From the human T2T-CHM13v2.0 reference genome, Homo sapiens: a stretch of DNA of 64,000 nt. The stretch lies in NCBI RefSeq assembly GCF_009914755.1, contig NC_060938.1, one strand, 5' to 3'. Within the stretch, counting starts at the first letter, position 1. Each line of letters opens with the position of its first letter. The notes under the pieces were generated by a model. That model saw only the letters and a program-made list of their open reading frames with translations. It was not told where the DNA came from and did not search any database. Below are positions 13,351 to 27,321 of the stretch, piece after piece. Both the position numbers and the translations under genes were made by a program.

Positions 13351-15850
13351 TGAATTCAACAGAACATTAGAAGGATCCTATACTACGAACAAGTGGAATG
13401 TATCCCTAGGATGCCAGGATAGTTTAGCAGAAATAAATATAAATAAATACATGTGATATACCACAGTAACACAATGAAGGACAAAAACAATATGATCATC
13501 TCAGTAGATTCAGAAAAAACATTTGACAACACCCAGCATCCTTTTATGATAATAATTCTCAACAACTTAGGTATAGAAGTAATGTACCTCAACATAATGA
13601 AGGTCACATATGCTAAACCCACACCTAATGTCATCCTCAGCAGGGAAATGTTGAAAGTTTTTCCTCTAAGATCAGTAACAAGACAATACTCTTACCTCCT
13701 CTATTCAACATAGTACTGAAAGATCTAGCTAGAGAAATCAAGCAAGAGAAAGAAAAAAATGGCATCCAGATTGGAAAGGAAGAAATTAGATTGCTCCTGT
13801 TTTGGGGTGACAGTAAATAGAAAACCCTAAAAACTCCACAGAAAGTATTAGAACTAACAAATTTAGTAAAGTTACAGGATACAAAAACCAGCAAACAAAA
13901 AAACAGTAGCATTTCTATACACTAACCAAAAGATAAATCAATAAAAAACAATACAAATTTACACTAGCCACTAAAATTAACTAAAATACTTAGGGACAAT
14001 TTCAGCCAAGGAGGTGAAAAATCTATAGACTGAAAACGATAAAACACCGATGAAAGAAATTGAAGAACACACAAATAAATGAAAATGCATTCCATGGTCA
14101 TGGATTGGAAGAATATTAATATTATGATGCCTATACTTACCCAAAAGAAATCTACAGATTCAATGCAATCCCTGTGAAAATGCCAAAGATGCTTTCCACC
14201 AAAATAAAAAAAAATTCTAAACTTTGTATGGAACCACAAGAGACCCCAAATAGCCAGAACAATCTTGAGCAAAAGAACAAAGCTGGAGATACCACACTAC
14301 CTGACTTCAAAATTTACTACAAAACTATGCTAATGAAAACAGCATGGAACTGGCATAAAAACAGGCATGCAGACCAATGGAACAGAATAGAGAGCTCAGA
14401 AATAAATCCACACTTTTACTGTCAATTGACCCAACAGCTTCCAGGAACACACCGTGGAGAAAGAATAGTGTCATTAAATGATGTGGGACAACTAGATTTC
14501 CATATACAGAAGAATGAAATTGATTTTTATCTTATACCATGTAAAAAGTCAACTCAAAATGGATTAAAGACTTATAAGCAAGACCTGAAACGATAAAACT
14601 ACTAGAAGTAACCATACTGGAAAATCTCCGTGACATTGGTCTGGGCAATGATATTTTCAAGGTGAACCCAAAAGCACAGGTAGCAAAAATAGATGGGTGG
14701 GACTACAAACTAAAAAGCCTCTGCATAGCCAAGGAAAGAATCAGAGTAAAGAAAACCTATAGAATGGGAGAAAATATTTGCAAATCATATACTTGATAAG
14801 GTGTTAATATTCGAAATATATAAGAAACTCAATGTAAGGAAACAACTCAATTTTTAAATGGGCAAAGGATCAAAACTAGACATTTCTCAAAAGATGACAT
14901 ACAAAGGTCCAACAGGCATATGAATAAATGCTCATCACTAATCCCAGAAAAATGCAAATTAAAACCACAATGAGATATCACTTCCTTCCTGTTAGAATGA
15001 CTCTTCTCAAAAAGACAAAAGATACTAAGTACTGGTGAGGATGTGGAGAAAAGGGAACCTTTGCACAAGGTTGACCTAATCAGAATGGCCTTTACTACTG
15101 TTGTAGAGGGCCCTCAAAAAAATAAAAATATAACTGCAATATGGCCTAGCAATCCCACTACTGGGTATACAACCAAAGGAAATGAAATCAGTATGTCAAA
15201 GAGGTACCTGCCCTTCCATTTCACTGAAGCATTCTTCACAATAGGCAAGATATAGAGTCAACATAAGTGTCCATCAGCAGGTGAATGGATCAAGAAAATG
15301 TATATGAGCCTGAGAGTTTGGAATGAACCAGTCACACATGTGTATTCTGGTGAAGAGTGATAGAATCCTTTATATCAGTCACCTGGCCTAGAAGAGTTAT
15401 ATATGACTTTTTTTAACCTTAAAAATGAAGGACATTCTGTCATTTGAGACAGCATGGGTTAACCTGGCAGGCAATACATTAAGTGAAATAAAACAGGTAC
15501 AGAAAGACATATATGATCTCACTCACATGTGGAATCTGTAATTGAATTCAGAAGTAGAGAGGAGAACAGTGGTTACCCGAGGCTGGAGTGTGAGTGGGTG
15601 TTGGGGAGATGTTCGTCAAATCACACAAAATTTCAGTTAGGAAGAATGAGTTCTAGAGATCAATTAACCATAGCATGGGGACTATGGTTAATTATAATGT
15701 ATCATATTTTTGAAAATTCCTGAGTAGATTTTGTTCTCACCACAAAAATTTGAAGTAATGAACATTAGTTCAATTTAGCCATTTCACAATGTACACAGAT
15801 TTCAAAATAACATGTAGTACATAAGTACTATATACCATCTTTGTCAAATA
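13351..15850 (+). mobile_element. 5'-truncated, degenerate L1 (L1MA-like): ORF2 3' half and 3'UTR
   Basis: Broken ORF2 peptides KDKNNMIISVDSEKTFDNTQHPFM and TTLPDFKIYYKTMLMKTAWNWHKNRHADQWNRIESSEINP, with many stops and frameshifts. Confidence 0.93.
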
Positions 15851-15864
15851 TTCTCAGATGGTAT

Positions 15865-16410
15865 TCTTGTAACCAAGCGAGTTATAGAGAAACGCCACAC
15901 TTTGAGACTAATTCAGGAGTCCTTTATTAGCCGGCGACTGAGAGATGGCTAATACTTGAAATTCTCTCGGCCACAAAGAAAGGGCTAGATTTTCTCTTAT
16001 ACTTTCATTTAGAGAGGGCAGGAGGAACTGAGCTGAAGCAATCTTACAGAAGTAAAACAGGCAAAAAAAAAATGGAAAAGACAAATGGTTACAGGAAAAC
16101 AAAGTTCCAGGTGCAGGGGCTTTAAATTCATCACAAGGTGATAGGTGTGGGGGCTCCGGACACAAACGCGGGGGCTTTATTATACTATCACCCGAGCGAA
16201 TTCCTGGGAACTGTGGACATAGCTTGCCGCAGTACCTTATCAGTTAATTGCACTCTTTGATGTGCTGAGAGTCAGCTTGCACAAGTTAAGTCCTTGAGGA
16301 AGGGGGTGGGTAAGGAGATCTTAATGTCTTGCAAATGAAGGAGCCAAATGGAATCTGTCTGGCTTTTTCAGCTAAGAGTCAATCAAGCTAATACAAGTTA
16401 GGGTATCACA
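15865..16410 (-). mobile_element. Solo ERV1 LTR, LTR6A/B-like (HERV-S71)
   Basis: The minus strand begins TGTGATACCCTAACTTG and has AATAAA near its 3' end. There is a perfect 4-bp TSD GTAT (15861-15864 and 16411-16414), and many CpGs are retained. Confidence 0.75.
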
Positions 16411-16765
16411 GTATGTATTTTATAAAAGTTAAAATACATTTTTAAAATGTATTGCTGCAGCATACTTGTGCCTGTTTACTTTAGTGACAGCCTTATTTTG
16501 AATTTTTGTATAAAAATAGGGAGGTAATTTATATCCTTTACTCTTGGCACCATGCCCAATTGAAGTCAGAAGACCATCAGGATTTGAGTTCTGGTTTTGT
16601 CACTTACATGCTGTTGGATCTACCCCTAGCCATTGACGAGATCAATTTTCACACACATCAAAATAAGAATATCTGCCATGCCTTAGCTAGCTTGTGTTGT
16701 GAAGGCTAAGTAAGTTTAAAATCATAAAAATGGAAACTTCTAATGTGTTTTAGAATTTTAAACTA

Positions 16766-17087
<322 letters not shown>

Positions 17088-19113
17088 TTAAACAGTGACA
17101 TTTATAGTTTAAACTTAGGTAGGTCTCTTTACCCTGTGGGGTAAAGAATGCACTTTAATTATCATCAGAATTAGAAATATTACTGATATTTTTAGTTCAC
17201 TTTTGTGGCAGCTGAAAGCTTTGGAGATTAACTGTCTGCATTCTGTGTGGATTATTTGCTATCTTGTTTCTAGTACGTGTTCTTAGTGAGTTCCTGAGAC
17301 GTTTAACTGTGAACGTACTAAGGGTGAAACAATCAAATGTCTTGTTTCATATGAAATTTAGGACCTAAAATAGGCAGACTTCAGTAACAATCTCTTCTCA
17401 AATTCAGTAATAATCTCTTCTCAATTTTTCTCCTAGAGCAAAATTTACTGCTTTATGCAAGCTGAAGAAATACAGAGACAAGCTGCCAAATAAGGTGACA
17501 GAAGTATTTTTAAATTGAAATGAAGGAGGCCAGGTGACTGATATGAAAGATTCCTACCACTCTTCGCCAGAATACCCATGTGTAATTGGTTCATTCCAAA
17601 CTCTTCAAGAAAAGGAATTGAATCCTGGAAGAAATGTCACTGAAACAAAATATTTAAAAAAATTTCTCAGGGATCAAAAAAGCATGTTGAACATAAAGTA
17701 TTTGCAGGTAGATTTTTTAAAATACAAATTTCAAAAATATATGTAATGTCCATGGGGAGAAAGATTACTATTTAAATATAAGATATTAGATTCTTCTTCC
17801 TAAATCTTATTATTGGATTAACAGATTCCAGCACTTAACACTAAATGCCGCCTGGATAAGAAGGGATACTCCTTAATGTGGTTTACCTTGTTTCTTTACC
17901 TGTAACATAACTATAATGTTTATTTTCCTTTTTTCCTGTAGTTTCTTGCCTAAGGGTAATGTTTTATCCTTCACTAAAACAACAAGATCGTGACGCTTCT
18001 TATTTCTGATGGAAAGCAATCAATTAAAGGGCCTTTGATTTCTAGTCTCACCCAAGAAAATCATGCTTCACATTTCAAAAGAAAAGCAGACTAAAATTTT
18101 CAAATACGCTTTCTCCATTCCTGAAAATTTTACTTGGGCAATTCCAGTAATAAGACAATCATCACATGGGTGCTTTCAGCAAATAACCCAAGGACGGAAA
18201 TAGGAGCTGCATTTTCACTAATGCATGAGAGCTACAAGAGAGCCGAACTCTACATGGGTGAGACTTCCAGAGAAAACAGTTTTAATACTTATAGAAAGAT
18301 GAGGCTATTATCACAGTCAAACTCCAAATGTATTTAGTGTCAGCTGGACTTGAAAGCAAAGCCAGCCTCCTCTCTGCCACACACCCACATACAGCTGTAG
18401 TCAATTCCCTTTAGATTTTGCTTCCTCAATGCTTCTAACATCAACCCCCCTCCTGCCTGTCTCCAGTTCAGACTGCTGCTACACGTGCAAGTTCAGGCTT
18501 TTCCCATTTCTGTTTTTGCTCATGCTGTTTCTTTCATCTAGAATCCCTTCAGACTTGTCTGTTGAACTCCTACCTAAGTTCCTTTAAGAGTTAATTATTC
18601 TGCCCTGCTGCACCCCCAGCCCTCCCACAACACACACACACACACACCCCTCCCTCCCCACCTTCTACTCTCTCACTAGGGCACTAGATATCCCTCCAAT
18701 GTCTTAATGACTTTTTTGGAGCATTCAGCATATTCTGACTTCATTTCTCTTAAATCATTTTCCTGCCACTCAAAAGCCTTTCCTCATTCCCCATTCCTGA
18801 ACTAGAAGCTTTATTTATCTCACAGACCTATGCTTCGTGCTACTACTTTCTGCAACTTGGGCTGAAATTCCCACCATTCTTTTAACAAATATTTATTAAA
18901 AGCATACTAGCTAAAAAAAATTCATACTTAATTGACTCCCTTGGAAGAGATGGCCAACCTGGTGCTTTACAGAGGGGAGATTCTGTTAGATGCCTGAGGG
19001 TCACTCAGGAAGAAAGGATTCTTCTTTTCTCCAGCCCTCTAATGAGTTACAGATTATCTTAATAGTTTATTATTGCTTTAGATGACCTAGCTGTGGGGAT
19101 AAAATCCAGGACA

Positions 19114-19438
<325 letters not shown>

Positions 19439-19789
19439 TTAACAAAACAATGGAGTTTGAGGGTTCAAGGAACATAATAGCCAAATTCTGAGTGTCTGCA
19501 GTCATAGAGAGCAGAAGGTGTTAGGAGAGAACAGTAAAAAGCAAGGTACTGGATAATGGATTGTCTAGAAAAGGATAGGGGTGTGGCGAGGAGATGCTGT
19601 CAAATGAATTGGGAAAAGCCGAGGATAAGAGGGGGAGAGATATGAGAGAAAGAAAGTCGTGCATGTAAATATGTACTACACATTTTGATTAGAATTAAAT
19701 CTGGCCCTAAGAAGAATGTTTAAGAAGAGAGACATTGTCAATAATCAATACTATGAGTGTGTATCAATGACTCGGGAAACATATCTGTG

Positions 19790-19910
19790 CAGAATACACC
19801 CACAGAGATTCTAATTCAAGTGCGTGGGGTGGGGCCAAGGAATCTGAACTTTGAATAAGCATCCCAAGTGATTGAGACATGTGGTCCAAGGGCCACCCTT
19901 TGGAAACAGT
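19790..19910 (+). mobile_element. MER5A-like DNA transposon fragment
   Basis: cagagattctaattc...ggggtggggccaaggaatctgaactttgaataagcatcccaagtgatt...ccctttggaaac. Confidence 0.7.
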
Positions 19911-20860
19911 AGTAGAGACTGTAAGGTTTTGCTTTCAAAACATAACTCAGATCCCAGCACCTACTAGTTAGATTCATGGGCAGTCTGCCCATGAATCTGA
20001 TGTCTGAGTAGCCGGAAAATATCTAGATAGCTTCATGCGTGGATTGCTCACTATTCTTGTTGTCACCAAAGGTCCAACTTAAGAGAAGAATCTATAGTTT
20101 TGATACATTTAAGTCTTAAGTTCCCATATCCGTTCCATTTAGGACTGCTACATGTTCTCAGCTAAAGAGTATGGCATTTTTCTTTCATATTTGCAGTTGC
20201 TTAAAATTCAACATCGCATGTAGTTTTCAGTAGTAAAGGCTCTACAGATGTCCCAGTGATAATTCATAAACTCACAAGAGCCAAACATGCAAGTACAAAC
20301 ATAATACGTTAGCTTTTTGACTTTTAAACCATACCCAGAAAGCACAATTAAGTCTCTGTACAGTAATTTTCTCATGAAAAATGGCCAGTAAATTCTTCCC
20401 ATAGATAATTTATTTTAGTGTTATTGATTTTTTCCCCTCCTAAAAAGCTGTATTGAAACAACAGCCATTAAGGCTTATAGAGCTTTGCAACATCTGGTTA
20501 TGATTGCAGACAATTGCTCCATTCCTTTTTCTTGAGGCAGCAAATAATACCGTTGAGAACACCTTCATTAGCCGCCTACTATTTCCCTTTCAGATGGCAC
20601 CTGGGGAAAGGCTTGCAAAAGAGATAAAGAAATATCTGAAGGCAAAGCAATGGTTATTGTCCATAAATTACTTATGTCATTTACCCACAGAGTCTGCTCC
20701 CTGGTGGTGTGTTAGAAGAACACTTTGCTTCTATGTTCATTACTTGAGATAGCTTTGGCCAACGCATTTAGTGAATTAAATGCATCCATTTTTCAGCTAG
20801 ACGCATACTAGCACAATCTTCCACTTAAACAATTTGGTGTAAGTAAACTTCATCAATATA

Positions 20861-21140
20861 TTTTTTTGAGACAGAGTCTCACTCTTTTGCCCAGGCTCAA
20901 GTGCAGTGGCGCGATCTTGGCTCACTGCAGCCTCCTTATCCTGGGTTCAAGCTATTTTTATGCTTCAGCCTCCCAAGTAGCGGAGATTACAGGCATGCAC
21001 CACCGTGCCCAGCTAATTTTTGTATTTTTAGTACAGGCGGGGTTTTGCTATGTTGGCCAGGCTGGTCTTGGTCTCAAGTGATCAGCGTGCCTCGGCCTCC
21101 CAAAACGCTGGGGTTACAGGTGTGAGCTACCATGCTCAGC
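20861..21140 (-). mobile_element. Diverged Alu
   Basis: Antisense Alu with a 10-bp TSD, tcatcaatat. Confidence 0.95.
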
Positions 21141-22092
21141 TCATCAATATTATAGTCACTTTTGCTGGCTGAAAGAAACAAACTGACTCTGGCCAATTGA
21201 AGTGAAATGATTTTATCAAAAAGATTGGAGTAACTCAGGAAACTTCTTGGAAGGCTTGAGAATGAGGCTTAGCAAATGAGGAAGTACTAGGAAACATCAG
21301 GTAGGTGCCAGGACCAAAGGAAATTAAGGGAGAATACTTCTTCCTCTGCCATTGGAGAGGACACAATCCTGGCTGCCACCATCCACACTGGGAAACTTCT
21401 GTACAAACTTCTGGTGTGGTTTCTGTACAAATGAATGCATTTCACTGTATGTTGCTGCTTCAAAGTTCAAATGCCAGTAGAATCTTGGTCTGGTTAGCTA
21501 AGCCTACATCTCAAGTCTCTGGGCTAGATGATGGCAAGCATGAGACTGAATCTAAATGAACTGGGCTTTCCAAATCTCTAGAAGGATGCAGGCTCTGTCT
21601 CTCACCAAGATACATAGTGGAAACCTAAGAAGGTTCAGAGGCTGGACAGTCAAAAAATCCTGAACTGTTCACTACATTTAGTGGCAAGACCCAACATGAA
21701 GTTTGAATTATGGTTCCCTCAGAAAACATTGACTCAAACAGTTAGTTTTTAACATGGGCTACAACACATCTAAAAGAGTAAAATTAATTACCAAATACCT
21801 GTCACAGTATTAGTAGTTTTAAGGAGTGTAAAATGGTAGAGAGTCGGAATTTATGCCCACAAATATAAAGTTTATAAATATACAAACATGTAGCTGAATA
21901 TTAAAGTTTCCCATTATTCTTTCATCCAATCTGTAATCAACATACATTTTGTGTTTGATAGACCACACACTCCATTAGATACTGGGAAATTAGAGGTGAA
22001 TTTAACTCTGTTCTTCTCCTTAACGGACCCATTGTAGAAGATGACATAGGTGCAGACACATGGTGCAATGCAGTGGCTTGGGTGCTTTATGA

Positions 22093-22431
22093 CAGGGATC
22101 CCCAACTCCTGGGCCACAGACCCGTATTGGTCCTCAACCTGTTAGGAACTGGGCTGCACAGCAAGAGGTGAACTGCAGGCATGCAAGCATTATCACCTGC
22201 GCTCCGCCTCCTGCCAGAGCAGTGGCTGCATCAGATTCTCATAGGAGCATGAACCCTATTGTGAACTGTGCATACGAGGGATCTAGATTGCATGCTCCTT
22301 ATGAGAAGGTGATGACTAGTGATCTGAAGGTAGAACAGTTTCATCCTGAAACCTTCCCCCGCCACTACCACCGTGGAAAAATTGTCTTCCAGAAAACCAG
22401 TCCCTGGTGCCAAAAATGTTGAGGACCGCTG
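22093..22431 (+). mobile_element. MER1B (hAT-Charlie) DNA transposon, full length
   Basis: cagggatccccaac...gttgaggaccgctg termini and a perfect 8-bp hAT TSD, CTTTATGA (22085-22092 and 22432-22439). Confidence 0.92.
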
Positions 22432-22659
22432 CTTTATGAAATTATGTACCAAGCGTGGTAAAGATAAAAAATGTTGAGAGGTCAAATCTACCTAAGCAGG
22501 AAAGACAGACTTCAGGTAAAAAACAATAAACTGTCATAGAAAAGTTAGAAGGGTTCTCCTGGGAAACTAAGAGAATGGATTTCCAGGCATAAGACACAGA
22601 AGCAATTCAATGTGATGTGGAAATGGGAGAATGTGTGTATGTTGTCAGGGTTAGGGAGA

Positions 22660-23430
22660 ACACAGGTGAGAGAGGAAAGGAGAAAAGAAAGGAAATGAGA
22701 CTAGAGAAGGAGAGAAAGTTAAGATTTGAGGAACCTCTTCCTTGTAGAGAATTTGAGTTTAGCATGTAGGCAATAGAGAATCTAAAAGGTTTTTAATCAA
22801 AGTAATACCATATTTCACGTTTAGGCTTTGTGTTTCATGGAGTATTCTGTAAAGGTTGTTCTGATATGCAGAATGGATTGGGGGAGGTGAGAAGAGACAG
22901 GAAGATCTGATAGATTTTTGGGAATATTCCAAGGAAGAGATTCAAAGCTAGTGAAATTGACTATTAATGGAAAATGAGAGAAGGATTTGAGACTTTTTTT
23001 TAAAAAGGTCTGGCAAGGCTTTCTAACAGCACATAGGGAATGAGGGGAGTGGTAGAGGAGGATGCTGGGCTAACAGCCAGGCTTTGGCAGGGGTATGGGG
23101 TGCCAATGGGAGAAGAGTAAAGGATTGGGAGAGAAAAGAAATGTCCTGTAAACTTCGAGAGATACAAACTCGGAATGCAGGAGCTATTTTAATTAGAAGT
23201 ATCACTATTAATCACCAGGGTAGAGGACATGAGATATCTCTGGGAGAATACACACAATAAAAAGAGACGAGGACAAAGTAACCCTGAAGCACATCAACAT
23301 TTGAAGAAATGACAGAGGAGCCTGCAGTGGAAACAGGATGAATGGTCAGATTGGAGCAATCTGTGGACAGGGTAACAGAATGGAAGGGTGGAGAGCAATG
23401 GAAGAAAAGTGGCATGGTCAATACCATATT
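22660..23430 (-). mobile_element. Degenerate L2 fragments
   Basis: Purine-rich antisense L2 motifs (gaatttgagtttagcatgtaggcaatagagaatc; gtaaccctgaagcacatcaacattt). Boundaries are rough. Confidence 0.5.
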
Positions 23431-24299
23431 AAACACATTCTTTTCTGTGTCTATAAGGCCATCTATCGCAGGGACAATACCTTTCTTAAGACTTAAACTA
23501 CCCAGCATCTAATATACTTTTAAACATGGTTGGTACTCACAAATGTTGAGTTGAAGTATAAAGCATGTTTGCTACCAGAGGAGTTGGTGATATAACACCA
23601 TTCAAAATTTTCCCCTAAAGAAAGTCTGCATATCAGTGAGTTCCCAGGAGTCTCGAGCTCAAACATTCATGGTGGTGTCATAGTATCTGTATTCTGCCTT
23701 CAGAAAATTGCTAGAACTGTTGCCAGCTTTAGTATAATCAGGATGTTACTCATCTAGCCCAAAGAAGAATCTCTTACTGGCCAATTAGAAAAAGACAGTA
23801 CATTTTCAGAAAACAAAGGGATGAAAAAGAAGTGGCTGGCCAGAGACCTCAGAGTTCATTTTAACGTGGGCTCCAGTGAGACATGCAGAGCCATCACTCC
23901 AAGGGTAACAGGTAATCAGTGACAAGTCGGTAGAAAGTATGTCATTAGTAATATCGAAACATGCTTGTGCTGGATGTATAGTAGAATATGTCTTCTCATT
24001 CCATAATAGTGGTCTATCTTGTTAACACATCTTTTGGTTATAAACCTCTCTTGGTATATAGACATAAACCTATAGAGATGAGATATAGTTATAGATGCAG
24101 ATAGATACAGATACATGCATACAGATGTAAACACTGTATAGGTATGAAAAATATGCATGTAGTAATGGATATGGTCATGAATATGGAGATGTTTGGACTA
24201 GGTAGGTGCCTCCTGACTATTGCAGGATGGATTCAGGTGCTTAGGGCAATTAAGAACAGGTACACAGTACTGTCAAAAAGCTTATTTCATATTATATGT

Positions 24300-24496
24300 A
24301 CAAATAAAATGACATGATACCTGAGATTTGCTCCAAAATATTATGGGAGGTAAAATAGGTGAGGCACAGATCAAGCAAGATTCATTGTGAGTTAATACTT
24401 GTTGAAGCTGGCTGATGGATATATGGATGTTCATACTAAACTGTTTACTTTTGTATTTGTTGAGATGTTTCCTACAATTAAATGTTTTTAAAAAGT
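24300..24496 (+). mobile_element. Ancient L1M 3'-end fragment
   Basis: ttgttgaagctggctgatggatatatggatgttcatac...tttacttttgtatttgttgag. Confidence 0.6.
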
Positions 24497-24701
24497 GAAA
24501 GCTTGTTTTAGCCTCAGAGTACTACATATTCAAATAGCATCTTATTAGCTACTAAACAGTGTGGTAGAGATAATTAAATCAGTGGACATTCAAGGGGGAT
24601 ATCAAAGAGGGGATGAGCCTAGAAGCAGGACATTGAAGTGAGGGGATATAGTTTGGATAGACAGAGGAATTGGGAGGGCATTTGGGAAGGGGAAGCAATA
24701 G

Positions 24702-25144
24702 TGTGATGGTTAATACTGAGTGTCACCTTGATTGGATTGAAGGATACACAGTATTAATCCTGGGTGTGTCTGCGAGGGTGTTGCCAAAAGAGATTAACAT
24801 TTGAGTCAGTGGGCTGGGGAAGGCAGATCCACCCTTAACCTGGTGGGCACAATCTCATTAGCTGCCAGCTAATATAAAGCAGGCAGAAAAACATGAAAAG
24901 GAGAGACTGGCCTGGCCTCCCAGCCTACATCTTTCTCCTGTGCCAGATGATTCCTCTCCATGAACACTGGACTCCATGTTCTTCAGTTTTGGGACTCGGA
25001 CTGGCTCTCCTTGCTCCTCAGCTCACAGACGGCTTATTGTGGGGCCTTGAGATTGTATAATACTTAATAAACTTCCAAATACATATACATATGTATACAC
25101 ACACATATCCTATTCCATCCTTCTAGAGAACCCTGACTAATACA
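24702..25144 (+). mobile_element. Solo MLT2A (MLT2A2-like, HERV-L) LTR
   Basis: TGTGATGGTTAATACTGAGTGTCA...CTAGAGAACCCTGACTAATACA, flanked by the direct repeat CAATAG. Confidence 0.92.
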
Positions 25145-26992
25145 CAATAGGGAAAGAAAAAGGCATTTGTTGAACAATAAAAATACTAGTTTAAGACTAA
25201 TGGATGACTGATGTAAACATTGAATTGATAGAGTTCTATGTTATGAAAATCCTTGGATCCTACAGGATTCAATTTATATCCCATCCATAAAGTGAGAAAC
25301 AGGAACCCATTGATCATTTCTGAAAAGAATAAGAAATCCATTTTAAAGAAGATTATTCTGGTATAATGAAGAATGGATAGACTAACAGCAGGAAGTCCTA
25401 CTAAAAAGACTTGTCAGAATTCTCAGGGATGATGTGATAAAGACCTCACTAGTGTGGTGGTGGTGAAAGGAATGGGTGGGTAAGAGAAAACACTTGAAGC
25501 AAGAATTAAATGACTCCGTGACTATCCAGAGGTGAAGCAAAGGAATGCTCATTGTACCTATGTAAAGACATTAAAAAAATCAAACTTTTACTTATAATAA
25601 AGTAACTTTGGCAAAACCTGGGGAGCTGATTTAAGGTTTTAAGAAATGACATGTTCAGATATTTTTAAAGATGTAGCTCCATTTAAATTTTCCAAATTCA
25701 TGTTTTAGACAGCCGTATTTTCATTATCACTCTCTTTTTCTTTGGGCAGAGTATAACATCTATGACTGATATTCCAATGCATACTATATGTGGGTAGGTA
25801 TTCTGAAAAATACAAAAGTAATTACACCAGGGCAGGACCACTCTATTAAACGTTATACTTTGTAGACAAGAAAAAAATTTGAATGTACATTATAACACAC
25901 CCACACAATAAGTTAATATTCATGAAACCCCATTCTCTGATTACATAAGAATGTAAAGAACGTCTCAATTGTCACTTAATGCATCTGACTTTATTAAGAT
26001 TGAGCATAAAAAGCAAGAGGCTGGATTAAAAACCACCATTAAAATACCCAAGTGAATTTAATTCAGTATTTATGGAACTGAGTATGTTTTACTCTAATAA
26101 GGAACAGCTTAATGCAATTCAGTCTGAACAAACACAACCCTATGCAGAGGATAAAGTAAGAGTGACAAGATGCCAACACATTATGACAGCTACTGTGCTG
26201 CCTGATCTAGAACATTATGCATTTTCTAAAAGTGCATAAAAAGCAAATTTTATTATTGCTTCCAGCACATCAACCTCACATTTTTAGTTTTTATTACCCA
26301 TAATCCCACAGGTTCTGGTAAAACATCAAACTAGAGTTTATTAGTTAACATTTTAAAAGAACACGATTTTAAGATGCTTTCTCAGGTGCTCTATTTCAGC
26401 AATTTTGCTTCATAGGCCAAGTAGCAGACATATCACCAGCACTGAAAACAGCCAACACACTATTATTACCAACAGGGAAATCCACCCGCGAGTTGAACCA
26501 GTACCAACCAACCACACTGAAATGCTGACAGCATCACGGGACTTTCCAACTGTAGGGACTTGGAAAGCAGCTGCTATACCCCTTCACTAAATGCAGATGG
26601 GGAGAAGTGAGTTTGTTTTTTTCATGCTCAGGAGGATGGATACTGATGGGAAAACCAGCATGAATTTCCACAGAGGTACCAGTGATGAGGCCATTAGTTC
26701 CAGCTATTAGTTGCAAACTGATCTCTCATCTGCCACCTGCTCCTTTTCCTGCATTTTCTTTCTCAGTTCACTGCATTACCATCTACCCAATGGCCCAAGC
26801 TAGAAATCTCCAAATTGGCTTTTTTCTCTATCCCTCCTGACTCCCACTGCCCCTACTGCTCCCGTCAAAGTTAAGAGATCAATTCCATCCCTTCTCTGAC
26901 CCCACTGCCATACTTCAGGGTCCTTACCTTGCCCTTCACATAATACTAGAGGTTTTAATCAGATTGTGTTTAACCATCATTTAATGCTAACT

Positions 26993-27321
26993 GAGCTATC
27001 CCTTGGTACCCGTAGGGGATTGGTTCCAGGACCCCCCAGAATGTCTAAATTCAGAGATGCCCAAGTCTCTTACACATAAAAAAGTAGTATTTGCATATAA
27101 CCTACAGACTTCCTCTTGTATACTTTAAATCATCCCCAGACTACTTATAATATCTAACACAATGTAAATGCTGCACACATGGTTGTAACATTGTATTGTT
27201 TAGGGAACAGTCTACACATTCAGGACAAACACAATCATTCCTTGTCTCCCCAAATATTTTTGATCTGCAGTTGAATCCATGGATGTACAACACATGCACA
27301 ACACACGTGGGGGCCTGACCG
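26993..27321 (+). mobile_element. MER2 (TcMar-Tigger) DNA transposon
   Basis: ggggattggttccaggaccccc...gtagtatttgcatataacctac...gtatactttaaatcatc. Confidence 0.85.

Noticed and set aside
13453-14596. ORFs with reverse-transcriptase-like peptides
   Set aside because: They are fragments of a dead L1 ORF2 with stops and frameshifts, not a retron or a novel RT system.
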